DNA of 33,386 nt from Bacteroidota bacterium (GTDB taxonomy: Bacteria; Bacteroidota; Bacteroidia; AKYH767-A; OLB10), in the NCBI GenBank assembly GCA_046075765.1, contig JBJTQS010000087.1:1-33386 (forward strand), read 5' to 3'. The position numbers and the translations under genes were made by a program. The stretch's first letter is position 1; every line of letters starts with the position of its first letter. Under the pieces are notes generated by a model. The model was not told the DNA's origin and did not search any database. It worked only from the letters and a program-made list of their open reading frames with translations. Of the stretch, positions 8,390 through 16,497 are shown in pieces.

Positions 8390-8937
8390 CCATTGGTCAT
8401 TGGGGTGTTTAGGATGGGGTTCAAGGCTGTAAAGGTTAATGGATCAAGTTCCCCCTACGGAGTTGATAAATGCATTAAGTTTAATAGATAGGTCTTCGGT
8501 CATTTTGTTGTGACAATCGAAAGCTTCTTTACTTATAAGATTTCGATTCAAAGCCTTTCTAAGCCCTTCTTGCATTTCATACAATGATCCTCTAGCATAA
8601 TAGTAAAAAAGTTTCTTTTCCTTATAATAATATCGGCCATATCCTTCGCAAATGTTAAATGAAATCGAATCAGCACTTCTTACAATCTGCCTACCCAAGG
8701 TCTCCTTGGCAAACCAGCTCCATCCTTCGACTAGATTCCAAACATTATCTCCTATTTCATTTGCTATTTTATAGACTTCCAGGTTTTCTAAAAGTGATTT
8801 GCCCATACGGTATTTGTTCTTGTAATTTTTTCGCCAATATAAAAATGGTATTTCTACTCATTTCAGACATTAACTAGGTTCTTTCCCTCATTAACTAATT
8901 AAATTCCCCTAATGACCAATGACCAATGACCAATGAC
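8390..8937. other. IVS-like cassette: four-helix-bundle gene bounded by terminal inverted heptamer repeats
   Basis: The left arm CCATTGGTCATTGGGG (8390-8405) is complementary to the right arm CCCCTAATGACCAATG (8906-8921). That gives 15 bp with one bulged T (8910). The right arm continues as (AATGACC)x3 to 8937. Confidence 0.65.
8444..8806 (-). CDS. four-helix-bundle protein (23S rRNA intervening-sequence protein family, Avd-like)
   Basis: 120 aa. It shows the family pattern YKIANEIGDNVWNLV...LGRQIVRSADSISFNICEGYGRYYYKEKKLFYYYARGSLYE. It is AT-rich compared with the flanking polymerase genes. Confidence 0.85.
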   Translation of the reverse strand: MGKSLLENLEVYKIANEIGDNVWNLVEGWSWFAKETLGRQIVRSADSISFNICEGYGRYYYKEKKLFYYYARGSLYEMQEGLRKALNRNLISKEAFDCHNKMTEDLSIKLNAFINSVGGT

Positions 8938-8945
8938 TAGTCACC

Positions 8946-11885
8946 ATGCCCATTCTCAAATCCAACCTCTCTCTCCGCTACGGCACCATTCCCATCGAGG
9001 AACTGGCTGCGCTTGCATTGGATGCAGGACATGAGACCATGGTGCTGGCCGATATCAATAACACTTCCGGCATCCCTGATTTTACTGAGTCGTGCTGGAA
9101 GGTAGGTGTGAAGCCTGTTGCGGGTGCTGAAATCAGGAACGGTAATGAGTTGCTTTATGTGTTGGCCGCTCGCAACAACGATGGCTTTCGTGAAATCAAC
9201 GAGTTCATCACAGAGCATAACGCGTCAGGTGAGCCATACCCTGATCGCGCACCGCGCTTTCTGCAATGCTATGTGATTTATCCGCTGCAGCGATTTCCTG
9301 CAGGACGAGTATGTGATAACGAATTCGCCGGCATCGCCATACGCGAGATAAACAAGCTTCGCTCCTCATCCAAATCCGATTATTTGATCGAAAACGGAGT
9401 CATCCTGCAGCCAGTTACGTTTGCGGATGATAATGGATATGACCTGCATCGGCACTTACGTGCTATCGAGAACAATATCCTACTGTCGCAGCTCGAGCCG
9501 GATATGCTTGCGCATCCATCCGAGAAATTCATCCGCGCAAGCGAAATTGAAAGTTGCTACGCATCCATCCCGCAAGTGATTCGCAACACGAAAAACCTGC
9601 TGTCGGATTGTTCCTTTTCGTTCGATTTCAAGTCGGTCAAGAATAGAAAGACCTTCACTGGAAGCGCGTACGATGATAAACTGTTGCTTGAAAAACTCGC
9701 ATGGGACGGACTTTCGTATCGATACGGCAAGAACCACAAGGAGGCGATTCGGCGCATACGGCACGAGTTGGAGATCATTGACAAACTCGGATTCTCATCT
9801 TATTTCCTCATTACCTGGGACATCATTCGCTATAGCATGTCGCGCAATTTTTACCATGTAGGGCGGGGTAGTGGAGCCAACAGCATCGTGGCGTACTGCC
9901 TGCGCATCACGGATGTGGACCCCATCGAACTCGATCTTTATTTTGAGCGCTTCCTGAATCCCAAGAGGAAGTCGCCACCTGATTTCGATATTGATTATTC
10001 TTGGAAGGAACGCGACGAAGTATTGGAGTACATTTTCAAGAGATATGGCCGCAAGCATACCGCCCTGCTCGGAGCCATGTCAACATTCAAGGGGAAATCC
10101 ATCATCCGCGAGTTGGGTAAAGTGTACGGCTTGCCAAAAGACGAGATGGATGCGTTGGTGGAGTCGCGCAAAAGCATCACGGAATTCGATAGTGTAACCA
10201 AACAGATTTTCCACTACGGAAAAATGATGTCGGAATTCCCCAACCTGCGCACGATTCATGCGGGAGGCGTGCTCGTTTCCGAAGAACCCATCACTTGCTA
10301 CACCGCACTCGACCTTCCCCCGAAAGGGTTTCCTACTACGCAATGGGATATGTATGTGGCCGAAGCCATCGGATTCGAGAAGCTCGATATCCTGAGTCAA
10401 CGCGGCATCGGTCATATCAAAGACGCTGCCGAGCTGGTTATGCGCAACAGACGCATCAAAGTGGACGTGCACGATGTGACCATGTTCAAACGCGATGAAA
10501 TGGTGCGTGAGCAATTACGCTCTGGTGATACGATTGGTTGTTTTTATGTTGAGAGTCCTGCCATGCGTGGACTACTTAAGAAGCTGCGTTGTTCAGATTA
10601 TGTGAGCCTTGTTGCCGCCAGCAGTATTATCCGTCCAGGTGTTGCCAAGAGCGGCATGATGCGCGAATACATACACCGATTTCACCATCCGGATGGTTTC
10701 AGTTACCTCCACCCCGTGATGCGCGAACAGTTGAGCGAGACGCACGGCGTAATGGTTTACCAAGAGGATGTGATCAAGGTGTGTCACCATTTCGCCGGAT
10801 TGGATTTGGCTGATGCCGATGTGTTGCGTAGGGCAATGAGTGGCAAAACGCGCAGCAAACGAGAGATGGAGTTGATTGTGGATCGTTTCTTTGCAAACTG
10901 CCGCGCCAAAGGATATCCCGAGGATTTGACGAAGGAAGTGTGGCGACAAATCGAATCCTTTGCGGGATATTCGTTTTCCAAAGCGCACTCTGCATCTTAT
11001 GCGGTGGAGAGTTACCAGAGTTTGTATCTGAAAACTTATTTCCCGCATGAGTTCCATGTGGCAGTCATCAATAATTTCGGAGGCTTCTACAACACCTGGG
11101 TGTATGTGAACGAGGCACGCAAATGTGGAGCCTTCATCCATCTGCCCTGCATAAACAAGAGTGAGCGGGAAACGGTGCTCTATGGAAAGGATGTTTACCT
11201 CGGTTTCAATCTGGTTCAGAATTTGGAATCGCAGGCCATCGATTCGCTGGTGGAGGAGCGTTTCAACAATGGTGATTATACGGGATTGGAGGATTTCGTT
11301 TCCCGCACGAATGTTGCCTTGGAACAGCTTATTATACTCATCCGTTTGGATGTGTTCCGTTTTACGGGAGTCGACAAGAAACAATTGCTTTGGGATGCGC
11401 ACATGTTGTTGGGCCGTGAGATGCCTGCACCCGTATCGCAACAGCTTTTTGCTACTCCGGTGAAAAATTTCGAGCTGCCCATGTTGGTGCATCAAAAGAT
11501 TGAAGACGCCTTCGATGAGATGGAGTTGTTGGGTTTTCCGGTAACCATGACTTCCTTCGACATGCTGAAAACCGATTTTCGAGGCGAGGTGCGTGCCCGC
11601 GACTTGATTCAACATCTGGGTAATACCGTGCGTATGGTCGGAAACCTGGTGACCATAAAATATGTGACCACCGTGCGGCGCGAGCTGATGCACTTCGGAA
11701 CATTCCTCGACGACCAAGGTGATTTTTTCGATACGGTTCACTTTCCTTCGAGTCTGGCCTCGTATCCATTCAAGGGTAAGGGAGTTTACTTGATTTTGGG
11801 TAGGGTAGTGGAGGAGTTCGGTTTTCCCAGTGTGGAGGTTCAGAAATTAGCCCGCTTGGAAATGATGCCAGACCCGAGGTATTGA
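8946..11885 (+). CDS. dnaE2: error-prone DNA polymerase III alpha-like subunit (DnaE2/ImuC type)
   Basis: 979 aa with Pol III alpha core motifs: GRGSGANSIVAYCLRITDVDP, PDFDIDYSW, FEKLDILSQRGI and GYSFSKAHSASYA. The N-terminal PHP HxH motif is degenerate (LKSNLSLRYG where replicative DnaE has LHVHSxYSxxDG), which is typical of DnaE2/ImuC. It lies just downstream of a Y-family polymerase gene. Confidence 0.88.
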   Translation: MPILKSNLSLRYGTIPIEELAALALDAGHETMVLADINNTSGIPDFTESCWKVGVKPVAGAEIRNGNELLYVLAARNNDGFREINEFITEHNASGEPYPDRAPRFLQCYVIYPLQRFPAGRVCDNEFAGIAIREINKLRSSSKSDYLIENGVILQPVTFADDNGYDLHRHLRAIENNILLSQLEPDMLAHPSEKFIRASEIESCYASIPQVIRNTKNLLSDCSFSFDFKSVKNRKTFTGSAYDDKLLLEKLAWDGLSYRYGKNHKEAIRRIRHELEIIDKLGFSSYFLITWDIIRYSMSRNFYHVGRGSGANSIVAYCLRITDVDPIELDLYFERFLNPKRKSPPDFDIDYSWKERDEVLEYIFKRYGRKHTALLGAMSTFKGKSIIRELGKVYGLPKDEMDALVESRKSITEFDSVTKQIFHYGKMMSEFPNLRTIHAGGVLVSEEPITCYTALDLPPKGFPTTQWDMYVAEAIGFEKLDILSQRGIGHIKDAAELVMRNRRIKVDVHDVTMFKRDEMVREQLRSGDTIGCFYVESPAMRGLLKKLRCSDYVSLVAASSIIRPGVAKSGMMREYIHRFHHPDGFSYLHPVMREQLSETHGVMVYQEDVIKVCHHFAGLDLADADVLRRAMSGKTRSKREMELIVDRFFANCRAKGYPEDLTKEVWRQIESFAGYSFSKAHSASYAVESYQSLYLKTYFPHEFHVAVINNFGGFYNTWVYVNEARKCGAFIHLPCINKSERETVLYGKDVYLGFNLVQNLESQAIDSLVEERFNNGDYTGLEDFVSRTNVALEQLIILIRLDVFRFTGVDKKQLLWDAHMLLGREMPAPVSQQLFATPVKNFELPMLVHQKIEDAFDEMELLGFPVTMTSFDMLKTDFRGEVRARDLIQHLGNTVRMVGNLVTIKYVTTVRRELMHFGTFLDDQGDFFDTVHFPSSLASYPFKGKGVYLILGRVVEEFGFPSVEVQKLARLEMMPDPRY

Positions 11886-11998
11886 AAGTATGGGATTTTG
11901 ACGGGTGAATGAAGAAGGGAGATTTTATTTGAAATGTCGATTTCATATTATCTCAACTTGATTTTCTTTGTGTGAAAATGAATTGAAAGCACTGTCAA

Positions 11999-12598
11999 AT
12001 GAAAAGCGAAGTGATGCAATTAGTCCAGGCATATAGCCAAGGCTACTTTCCAATGTGGTCTGAGGTGCATGGTATACAATGGCATTATCCTGATCCCAGA
12101 GCCATCATCCCGTTTGAAAATTACAAGCCCTCCAAATCACTGAGGCCGGTGCTGAATAAGAAGGAGTTTGAAATTCGAATAAACACATCCTTTGAAAAAG
12201 TGATGCGCCAATGCGCGCAACCTCGTGGTGATGGAGGTGGGATTTGGATTTCTGAGGAGATGGTTCGAGTATATACCGCAGCAAATACTTTCGGGTTTGC
12301 TCATTCTGTTGAAACTTATAAAAACAATGAGTTGGTTGGTGGCTTGTACGGAATGTGTATCGGAGGTGTGTTTTTTGGTGAGTCGATGTTTTCGAAGGTG
12401 TCTAATTCATCTAAAGTGGCGTTTCATCATCTGATCCAGATTCTGGTTAAAAACGGTTTTCAATTGCTCGATACTCAATATATCAACGATAATGTAGAAC
12501 GGTATGGAGCAATCGAAATACCGCGAGACGAGTTCTTGCGAAGGTTACGACAAGCAATAGAATTGGATTGTCACTTTAGACTTGAAAAAAGCGTTTGA
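11999..12598 (+). CDS. aat: leucyl/phenylalanyl-tRNA--protein transferase
   Basis: Motifs AYSQGYFPMW, GFAHSVETYKNNELVGGLYGMCIGGVFFGESMFS and LLDTQ match the Aat (L/F-transferase) family. Confidence 0.88.
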   Translation: MKSEVMQLVQAYSQGYFPMWSEVHGIQWHYPDPRAIIPFENYKPSKSLRPVLNKKEFEIRINTSFEKVMRQCAQPRGDGGGIWISEEMVRVYTAANTFGFAHSVETYKNNELVGGLYGMCIGGVFFGESMFSKVSNSSKVAFHHLIQILVKNGFQLLDTQYINDNVERYGAIEIPRDEFLRRLRQAIELDCHFRLEKSV

Positions 12599-12606
12599 TC
12601 CGGCGG

Positions 12607-12654
12607 TTTTCAACCGACTGTTGAAATGTTGCGTAAACAGGTGAGTCGGTTTTT
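12607..12654 (+). terminator. possible terminator after aat
   Basis: ACCGACT (12613-12619) pairs with AGTCGGT (12644-12650) and is followed by TTTT. An alternative inner hairpin is TTTCAAC-CGACT-GTTGAAA. The long loop makes this call weak. Confidence 0.4.
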
Positions 12655-12683
12655 CCTAATTTTGAAACCTAACCCCCATCCAA

Positions 12684-13337
12684 ATGAAATTCTTCATCGA
12701 CACCGCTAATCTGGCACAAATTAAAGAAGCGCAAGCGCTTGGCGTTCTCGACGGCGTAACTACCAACCCATCTCTGATGGCTAAGGAAGGAATACGTGGT
12801 GATGAGGCTGTTAAAAAGCATTATGTGGATATCTGTAACCTTGTTCCAGGTGGAGATATCAGCGCAGAGGTGATATCAACTGATTATGATGGAATGGTGC
12901 GTGAAGGAGAGGCCCTTGCTGCATTGCATTCGCAGATTGTGGTCAAAATTCCGATGATCAAAGATGGAGTTAAGGCTCTCAAGTATTTCTCGGAAAGAGG
13001 AATAAAAACCAACTGCACGCTGGTATTTTCGGCGGGACAGGCATTGTTAGCCGCCAAGGCTGGCGCTACATATGTTTCACCATTCATTGGGCGGTTGGAT
13101 GATGTAAGTTACGACGGGGTGCAATTGATTGAGCAGATCGTTCACATCTACGATAATTATGGCTACAAGACGGAGGTATTGGCAGCATCCATCCGCCATG
13201 CCATGCACATAATACGTTGTGCAGAGGCTGGAGCAGATGTAGCCACTTGTCCCTTGTCAGCAATTACAGACCTGTTGAAGCACCCGCTTACAGATATCGG
13301 ATTGGCCAAATTTTTGGCAGATGCCAAAGGGCAGTAA
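12684..13337 (+). CDS. fsa: fructose-6-phosphate aldolase / type 3B transaldolase
   Basis: 217 aa. The N-terminus [31 protein letters not shown] and the Schiff-base lysine context VVKIP are typical of the short Fsa/TalC class. Confidence 0.9.
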   Translation: MKFFIDTANLAQIKEAQALGVLDGVTTNPSLMAKEGIRGDEAVKKHYVDICNLVPGGDISAEVISTDYDGMVREGEALAALHSQIVVKIPMIKDGVKALKYFSERGIKTNCTLVFSAGQALLAAKAGATYVSPFIGRLDDVSYDGVQLIEQIVHIYDNYGYKTEVLAASIRHAMHIIRCAEAGADVATCPLSAITDLLKHPLTDIGLAKFLADAKGQ

Positions 13338-13461
13338 GTCATTGGTTTTCTGAAGGTTTGCAAGGTTAGGTTTTTGACTTTTCCTTGCGCCCTTTTTGTT
13401 ATTTTTGCAATAGGAGGGATGAAGCTGTTTTTATCCTTAAATCACTGAAAACAAGATCGCT

Positions 13462-14826
13462 ATGTCACAGGTGGAAATGAAAATGCCCAAAATGGGAGAA
13501 AGTGTGGCCGAGGCAACCATCATCAAATGGTTGAAAAAGGAGGGAGACAAGGTTGAGGCCGATGAATCCGTTTTGGAAATAGCCACGGACAAAGTTGATT
13601 CGGAAGTGCCATCTTCTGTGACCGGTACCATATCCAAATTGCTATTCAAGGAAGGCGATGTAGTACAGGTTGGAAACGTAATCGCGATGATTGAAACGGG
13701 TGCAGCAGCTCCTTCAGCAGCCGCTCCAACCAATACCGTTTCTGCACCAGCCCCTGTTGCTACGCAGCCATCCACTTCGGTTCCTTTTGTTCCAGCCGCT
13801 TCGACTGCATCAGCGGCTACTGCATTAAATGCTGAGGGAAGATTTTACTCTCCATTGGTACGAACAATTGCCAAGGAGGAAAAAATCAGTCAAGCGGAAT
13901 TGGATTCCATCCCGGGAACGGGCGCCGAAGGTCGCGTAACCAAAAAGGATGTGATGATGTTCTTGGAGCGACGCAAAGCAGGAACTCAACCTGTAGCCTC
14001 TACGCTTATAGCTGCTCAAACTCCACCCGTTGTTGCGGCTGCTACTTCTATTGCTACTGGTACCCTTCGACAAGCTCAGGGCGACGCTGCCACTGGTACT
14101 GGTATATCGCTCAGCGGAGATGTCGAAATCATCGAAATGGACCGCATGCGTAAGATCATTGCCGAGCACATGGTAATGTCGAAGCGAACCTCTCCTCACG
14201 TTACTTCCTATGTTGAAGCTGATGTCACCAACCTGGTGATGTGGCGTAACAAAGTGAAAAACGCATTCGAGAAAAAGGAGAATGAGAAGATTACCTTCAC
14301 GCCCATATTCATCGAAGCCATCGCCAGAGCGATAAAGGATTTTCCGATGATCAACGTGTCGGTGGATGGTACGAATATCATCGTTAAGAAAAACATCAAC
14401 ATAGGCATGGCGGCCGCATTGCCATCGGGTAATCTGATTGTTCCAGTAATTAAGAATGCCGACCGAATGAACTTGCTCGGACTAACCAAATCAGTGAACG
14501 ATTTGGCAAATCGAGCGCGTGCAGGAAAATTGGCGCCTGAGGAAATTCAAGGTGGCACCTACACGTTAACCAATGTGGGTAGCTTTGGAAATGTAATGGG
14601 TACACCTATTATTCCGCAACCTCAAGTGGCCATCATGGCGGTAGGAGCCATCCGAAAAAAGCCTGCCGTAATAGAAACGCCATACGGAGACACTATTGGT
14701 ATTCGACACATGATGTTCCTATCCCATTCGTATGACCATCGAGTTATTGATGGTGCGTTGGGTGGCAGCTTCGTTCGTCGTGTAGCCGACTATCTCGAGC
14801 AGTTCGACATCAACCGTGAAATCTAA
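13462..14826 (+). CDS. 2-oxoacid dehydrogenase complex E2 (dihydrolipoyl acyltransferase)
   Basis: Lipoyl domain with the EIATDKV lysine, an Ala/Pro-rich linker, a peripheral-subunit-binding domain (SPLVRTIAKEEKI...GTGAEGRVTKKDV), a second linker, and a catalytic domain with SHSYDHRVIDGA. Confidence 0.92.
   Translation: MSQVEMKMPKMGESVAEATIIKWLKKEGDKVEADESVLEIATDKVDSEVPSSVTGTISKLLFKEGDVVQVGNVIAMIETGAAAPSAAAPTNTVSAPAPVATQPSTSVPFVPAASTASAATALNAEGRFYSPLVRTIAKEEKISQAELDSIPGTGAEGRVTKKDVMMFLERRKAGTQPVASTLIAAQTPPVVAAATSIATGTLRQAQGDAATGTGISLSGDVEIIEMDRMRKIIAEHMVMSKRTSPHVTSYVEADVTNLVMWRNKVKNAFEKKENEKITFTPIFIEAIARAIKDFPMINVSVDGTNIIVKKNINIGMAAALPSGNLIVPVIKNADRMNLLGLTKSVNDLANRARAGKLAPEEIQGGTYTLTNVGSFGNVMGTPIIPQPQVAIMAVGAIRKKPAVIETPYGDTIGIRHMMFLSHSYDHRVIDGALGGSFVRRVADYLEQFDINREI
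14038..14104. repeat. repeat-element copy embedded in frame in the second E2 linker
   Basis: The reverse complement of 14061-14083 is CGCCCTGAGCTTGTCGAAGGGTA. It matches 6782-6796 plus 6827-6834 at 22 of 23 positions once the palindromic insert is removed. GCTGCTACTTCTATTGCTACTGGTAC (14038-14063) matches 6909-6934 at 21 of 26. The segment encodes AATSIATGTLRQAQGDAATGTG. Confidence 0.65.
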
Positions 14827-14842
14827 AAAATATTCCTCATAC

Positions 14843-16480
14843 ATGAAAACCATCAAATCAATCTTTGTTGTTCTCTCGTTGGTGCTTTTTGCCGGGTTCT
14901 TGAAATCCAACATAGCTTTAGCGCAAACCAACAAAAAAGGCACCATACCAAAACTCACAAAAGAGCAAGCCGCGGAAACAAAGAAGGTGGCAGGTGAAAT
15001 GTTCAAGGTTCCAAATTGGAATGGAGCGCGTGAACAATACCGGTTGTTGGTGAATTACGATCCTGATGATGCAGAGTTCTTGTATCGTTTCGGTGTGTGC
15101 ATAATTAATAGCAATTACGATAAAACTGAAGCGATTCAATATCTCACTAAGGCCGCCGACAAAAAGGATGCACCTAAGGATGTATATTACCAATTAGGAC
15201 GCGCTTGCCTGGGTGCGGGTTTGTATGATGAGGCCATTGATGCATTCGACAAGTTCAAAGAACTTAGCAAGGGGCAAATCAATCTAAAGCTCAATTTTGA
15301 ACTTTATCAGGAGTACTGTTACAATGCCAAAGATTATTCCAAGAAACCATTGGATGTGAAATTTACCAACCCTGGTAAAAGTGTGAACTCACCTGGTGCT
15401 GACTACGCTTGTGTGGGTATGGCTGTTGATACGGTTGTGTTTTTTACATCAGGTCGTAAGGGAAATATGGGCGGTATGACAGACGATTTCGGCGATGTTT
15501 TACCCGATGTTTATTTCAGCTCTCGCTTAGACACTGCTTGGACCAAAGCCAAGAATGCCGGTATATCCATAAACTCCGAGTTTTATGATATCTCTACTGG
15601 TATGAATACCAATGGCGACAAGCTTTTTGTTTACAAAGAAGATGGTATCATCAATGGTGATGTTTATGTTTCAGAACAACAAGGTAAGACTTGGATCAAA
15701 GCGGCCTTGATTACACCTGAAATGGAAACCAAGACTTTGGAGACAGGTGGCTGTATGAGCAATGATGGAAAGCGTGTTTTCTTTGCTGCTACAGGACTCA
15801 AAGGTGGAATCGGTGGCAAAGACATTTACATGATCGAGAAGGACGAGTCAGGTAAATGGTCTGCTCCAATTAACCTTGGTGCTAATGTGAACACCAAGCA
15901 TGATGAAGATAGCCCGATGATTTGGCACGATGGCAAAACATTGTTCTTCGCTTCGAAAGGTCATACCAGCATGGGCGGTTATGATATTTTTATGACATCC
16001 AGAGCCTCATCTGCTTCAGCATGGGATAAACCCTTTAATATCGGTTATCCGTTGAATAACGCGCTCGATAATCAGTATTTCACTTTAGCTGCCAATGGTC
16101 GCACCGGATATGTGTCTGACGTGAAACCAGGTGGCTTGGGCGATCTTGATATTTGGTACTATCAATTAAAGGAGCCTTTGGTTAAGAATGCCGGAACTTT
16201 GTTTAGAGCAACCGTTTTAAATTCCATGGGACTTCCAGCAAAGGATGCTGTTTGCAGTGTGGTTAAAGAATCAACAGGAGAGATATTGGCAATCATGGAG
16301 CCTGCCGGTCCTGCCTCTGAGATATTTGTTTTGCTTGGGCCCGGAACATATAAACTAAAGGCTCGATCACCAAAAATGGGACGTTTGGAGGAGGAAATAA
16401 TCATTGTTGGTGATGAGGGCGAGAAAGGAATCCGTAAAGAGTTGAAGCTTCAGCCAAACCCTGCTGATAAGGTTAAATAA
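14843..16480 (+). CDS. secreted protein with TPR, PD40 (TolB-like beta-propeller) and carboxypeptidase-regulatory-like domains
   Basis: I place the start at the ATG at 14843 (MKTIKSIFVVLSLVLFAGFL is a signal peptide) rather than at 14816, which would overlap E2. The protein has an N-terminal TPR-like region, repeated PD40-type segments (SPMIWHDGKTLFFAS, GGYDIFM) and a C-terminal beta-sandwich-like region. Confidence 0.75.
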   Translation: MKTIKSIFVVLSLVLFAGFLKSNIALAQTNKKGTIPKLTKEQAAETKKVAGEMFKVPNWNGAREQYRLLVNYDPDDAEFLYRFGVCIINSNYDKTEAIQYLTKAADKKDAPKDVYYQLGRACLGAGLYDEAIDAFDKFKELSKGQINLKLNFELYQEYCYNAKDYSKKPLDVKFTNPGKSVNSPGADYACVGMAVDTVVFFTSGRKGNMGGMTDDFGDVLPDVYFSSRLDTAWTKAKNAGISINSEFYDISTGMNTNGDKLFVYKEDGIINGDVYVSEQQGKTWIKAALITPEMETKTLETGGCMSNDGKRVFFAATGLKGGIGGKDIYMIEKDESGKWSAPINLGANVNTKHDEDSPMIWHDGKTLFFASKGHTSMGGYDIFMTSRASSASAWDKPFNIGYPLNNALDNQYFTLAANGRTGYVSDVKPGGLGDLDIWYYQLKEPLVKNAGTLFRATVLNSMGLPAKDAVCSVVKESTGEILAIMEPAGPASEIFVLLGPGTYKLKARSPKMGRLEEEIIIVGDEGEKGIRKELKLQPNPADKVK

Positions 16481-16497
16481 TATCTTAAGACATTTCT

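Noticed and set aside
8444-8806. The four-helix-bundle (Avd-like) gene as part of a diversity-generating retroelement.
   Set aside because: No reverse transcriptase gene and no template/variable repeat pair are visible anywhere in the window. Stand-alone copies of this family are common in Bacteroidota.
7079-8937. The heptamer and 14-mer repeat clusters as a possible CRISPR array.
   Set aside because: The units are 7-14 nt and directly tandem, with no unique spacers. No cas genes are present. They are microsatellites, not CRISPR repeats.
10593-11741. A 382-aa ORF antisense to dnaE2. Similar antisense ORFs occur at 7597-8100, 10080-10514, 23608-24192 and 26271-26780.
   Set aside because: All lie inside genes whose sense-strand products have clear family motifs. 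Their translations are low-complexity or rich in His, Arg and Cys, with no recognisable motifs. Long antisense ORFs are expected in the more GC-rich genes.
5023-11885. Elevated GC content of the lexA-like, dinB and dnaE2 genes as evidence for a horizontally acquired island.
   Set aside because: Hand counts of single 60-nt lines give about 50-55% GC here, but similar values occur in etfB (about 58%) and E2 (about 48%). The low values (33-40%) belong to the secreted-protein genes and the four-helix-bundle gene. The variation is not specific to this locus without a proper genome-wide calculation.
13360-13400. A hairpin GCAAGG-N17-CCTTGC followed by a T-rich tract after the fsa gene, as a terminator.
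   Set aside because: The stem is only 6 bp and the loop is 17 nt. It may work weakly but is not convincing enough to list as a feature.
14816-14842. An upstream ATG at 14816 that would make the TPR/PD40 gene overlap the E2 stop by 11 nt.
   Set aside because: The ATG at 14843 is followed at once by a canonical signal peptide. The nine extra residues (MKSKKYSSY) add nothing and require the overlap.
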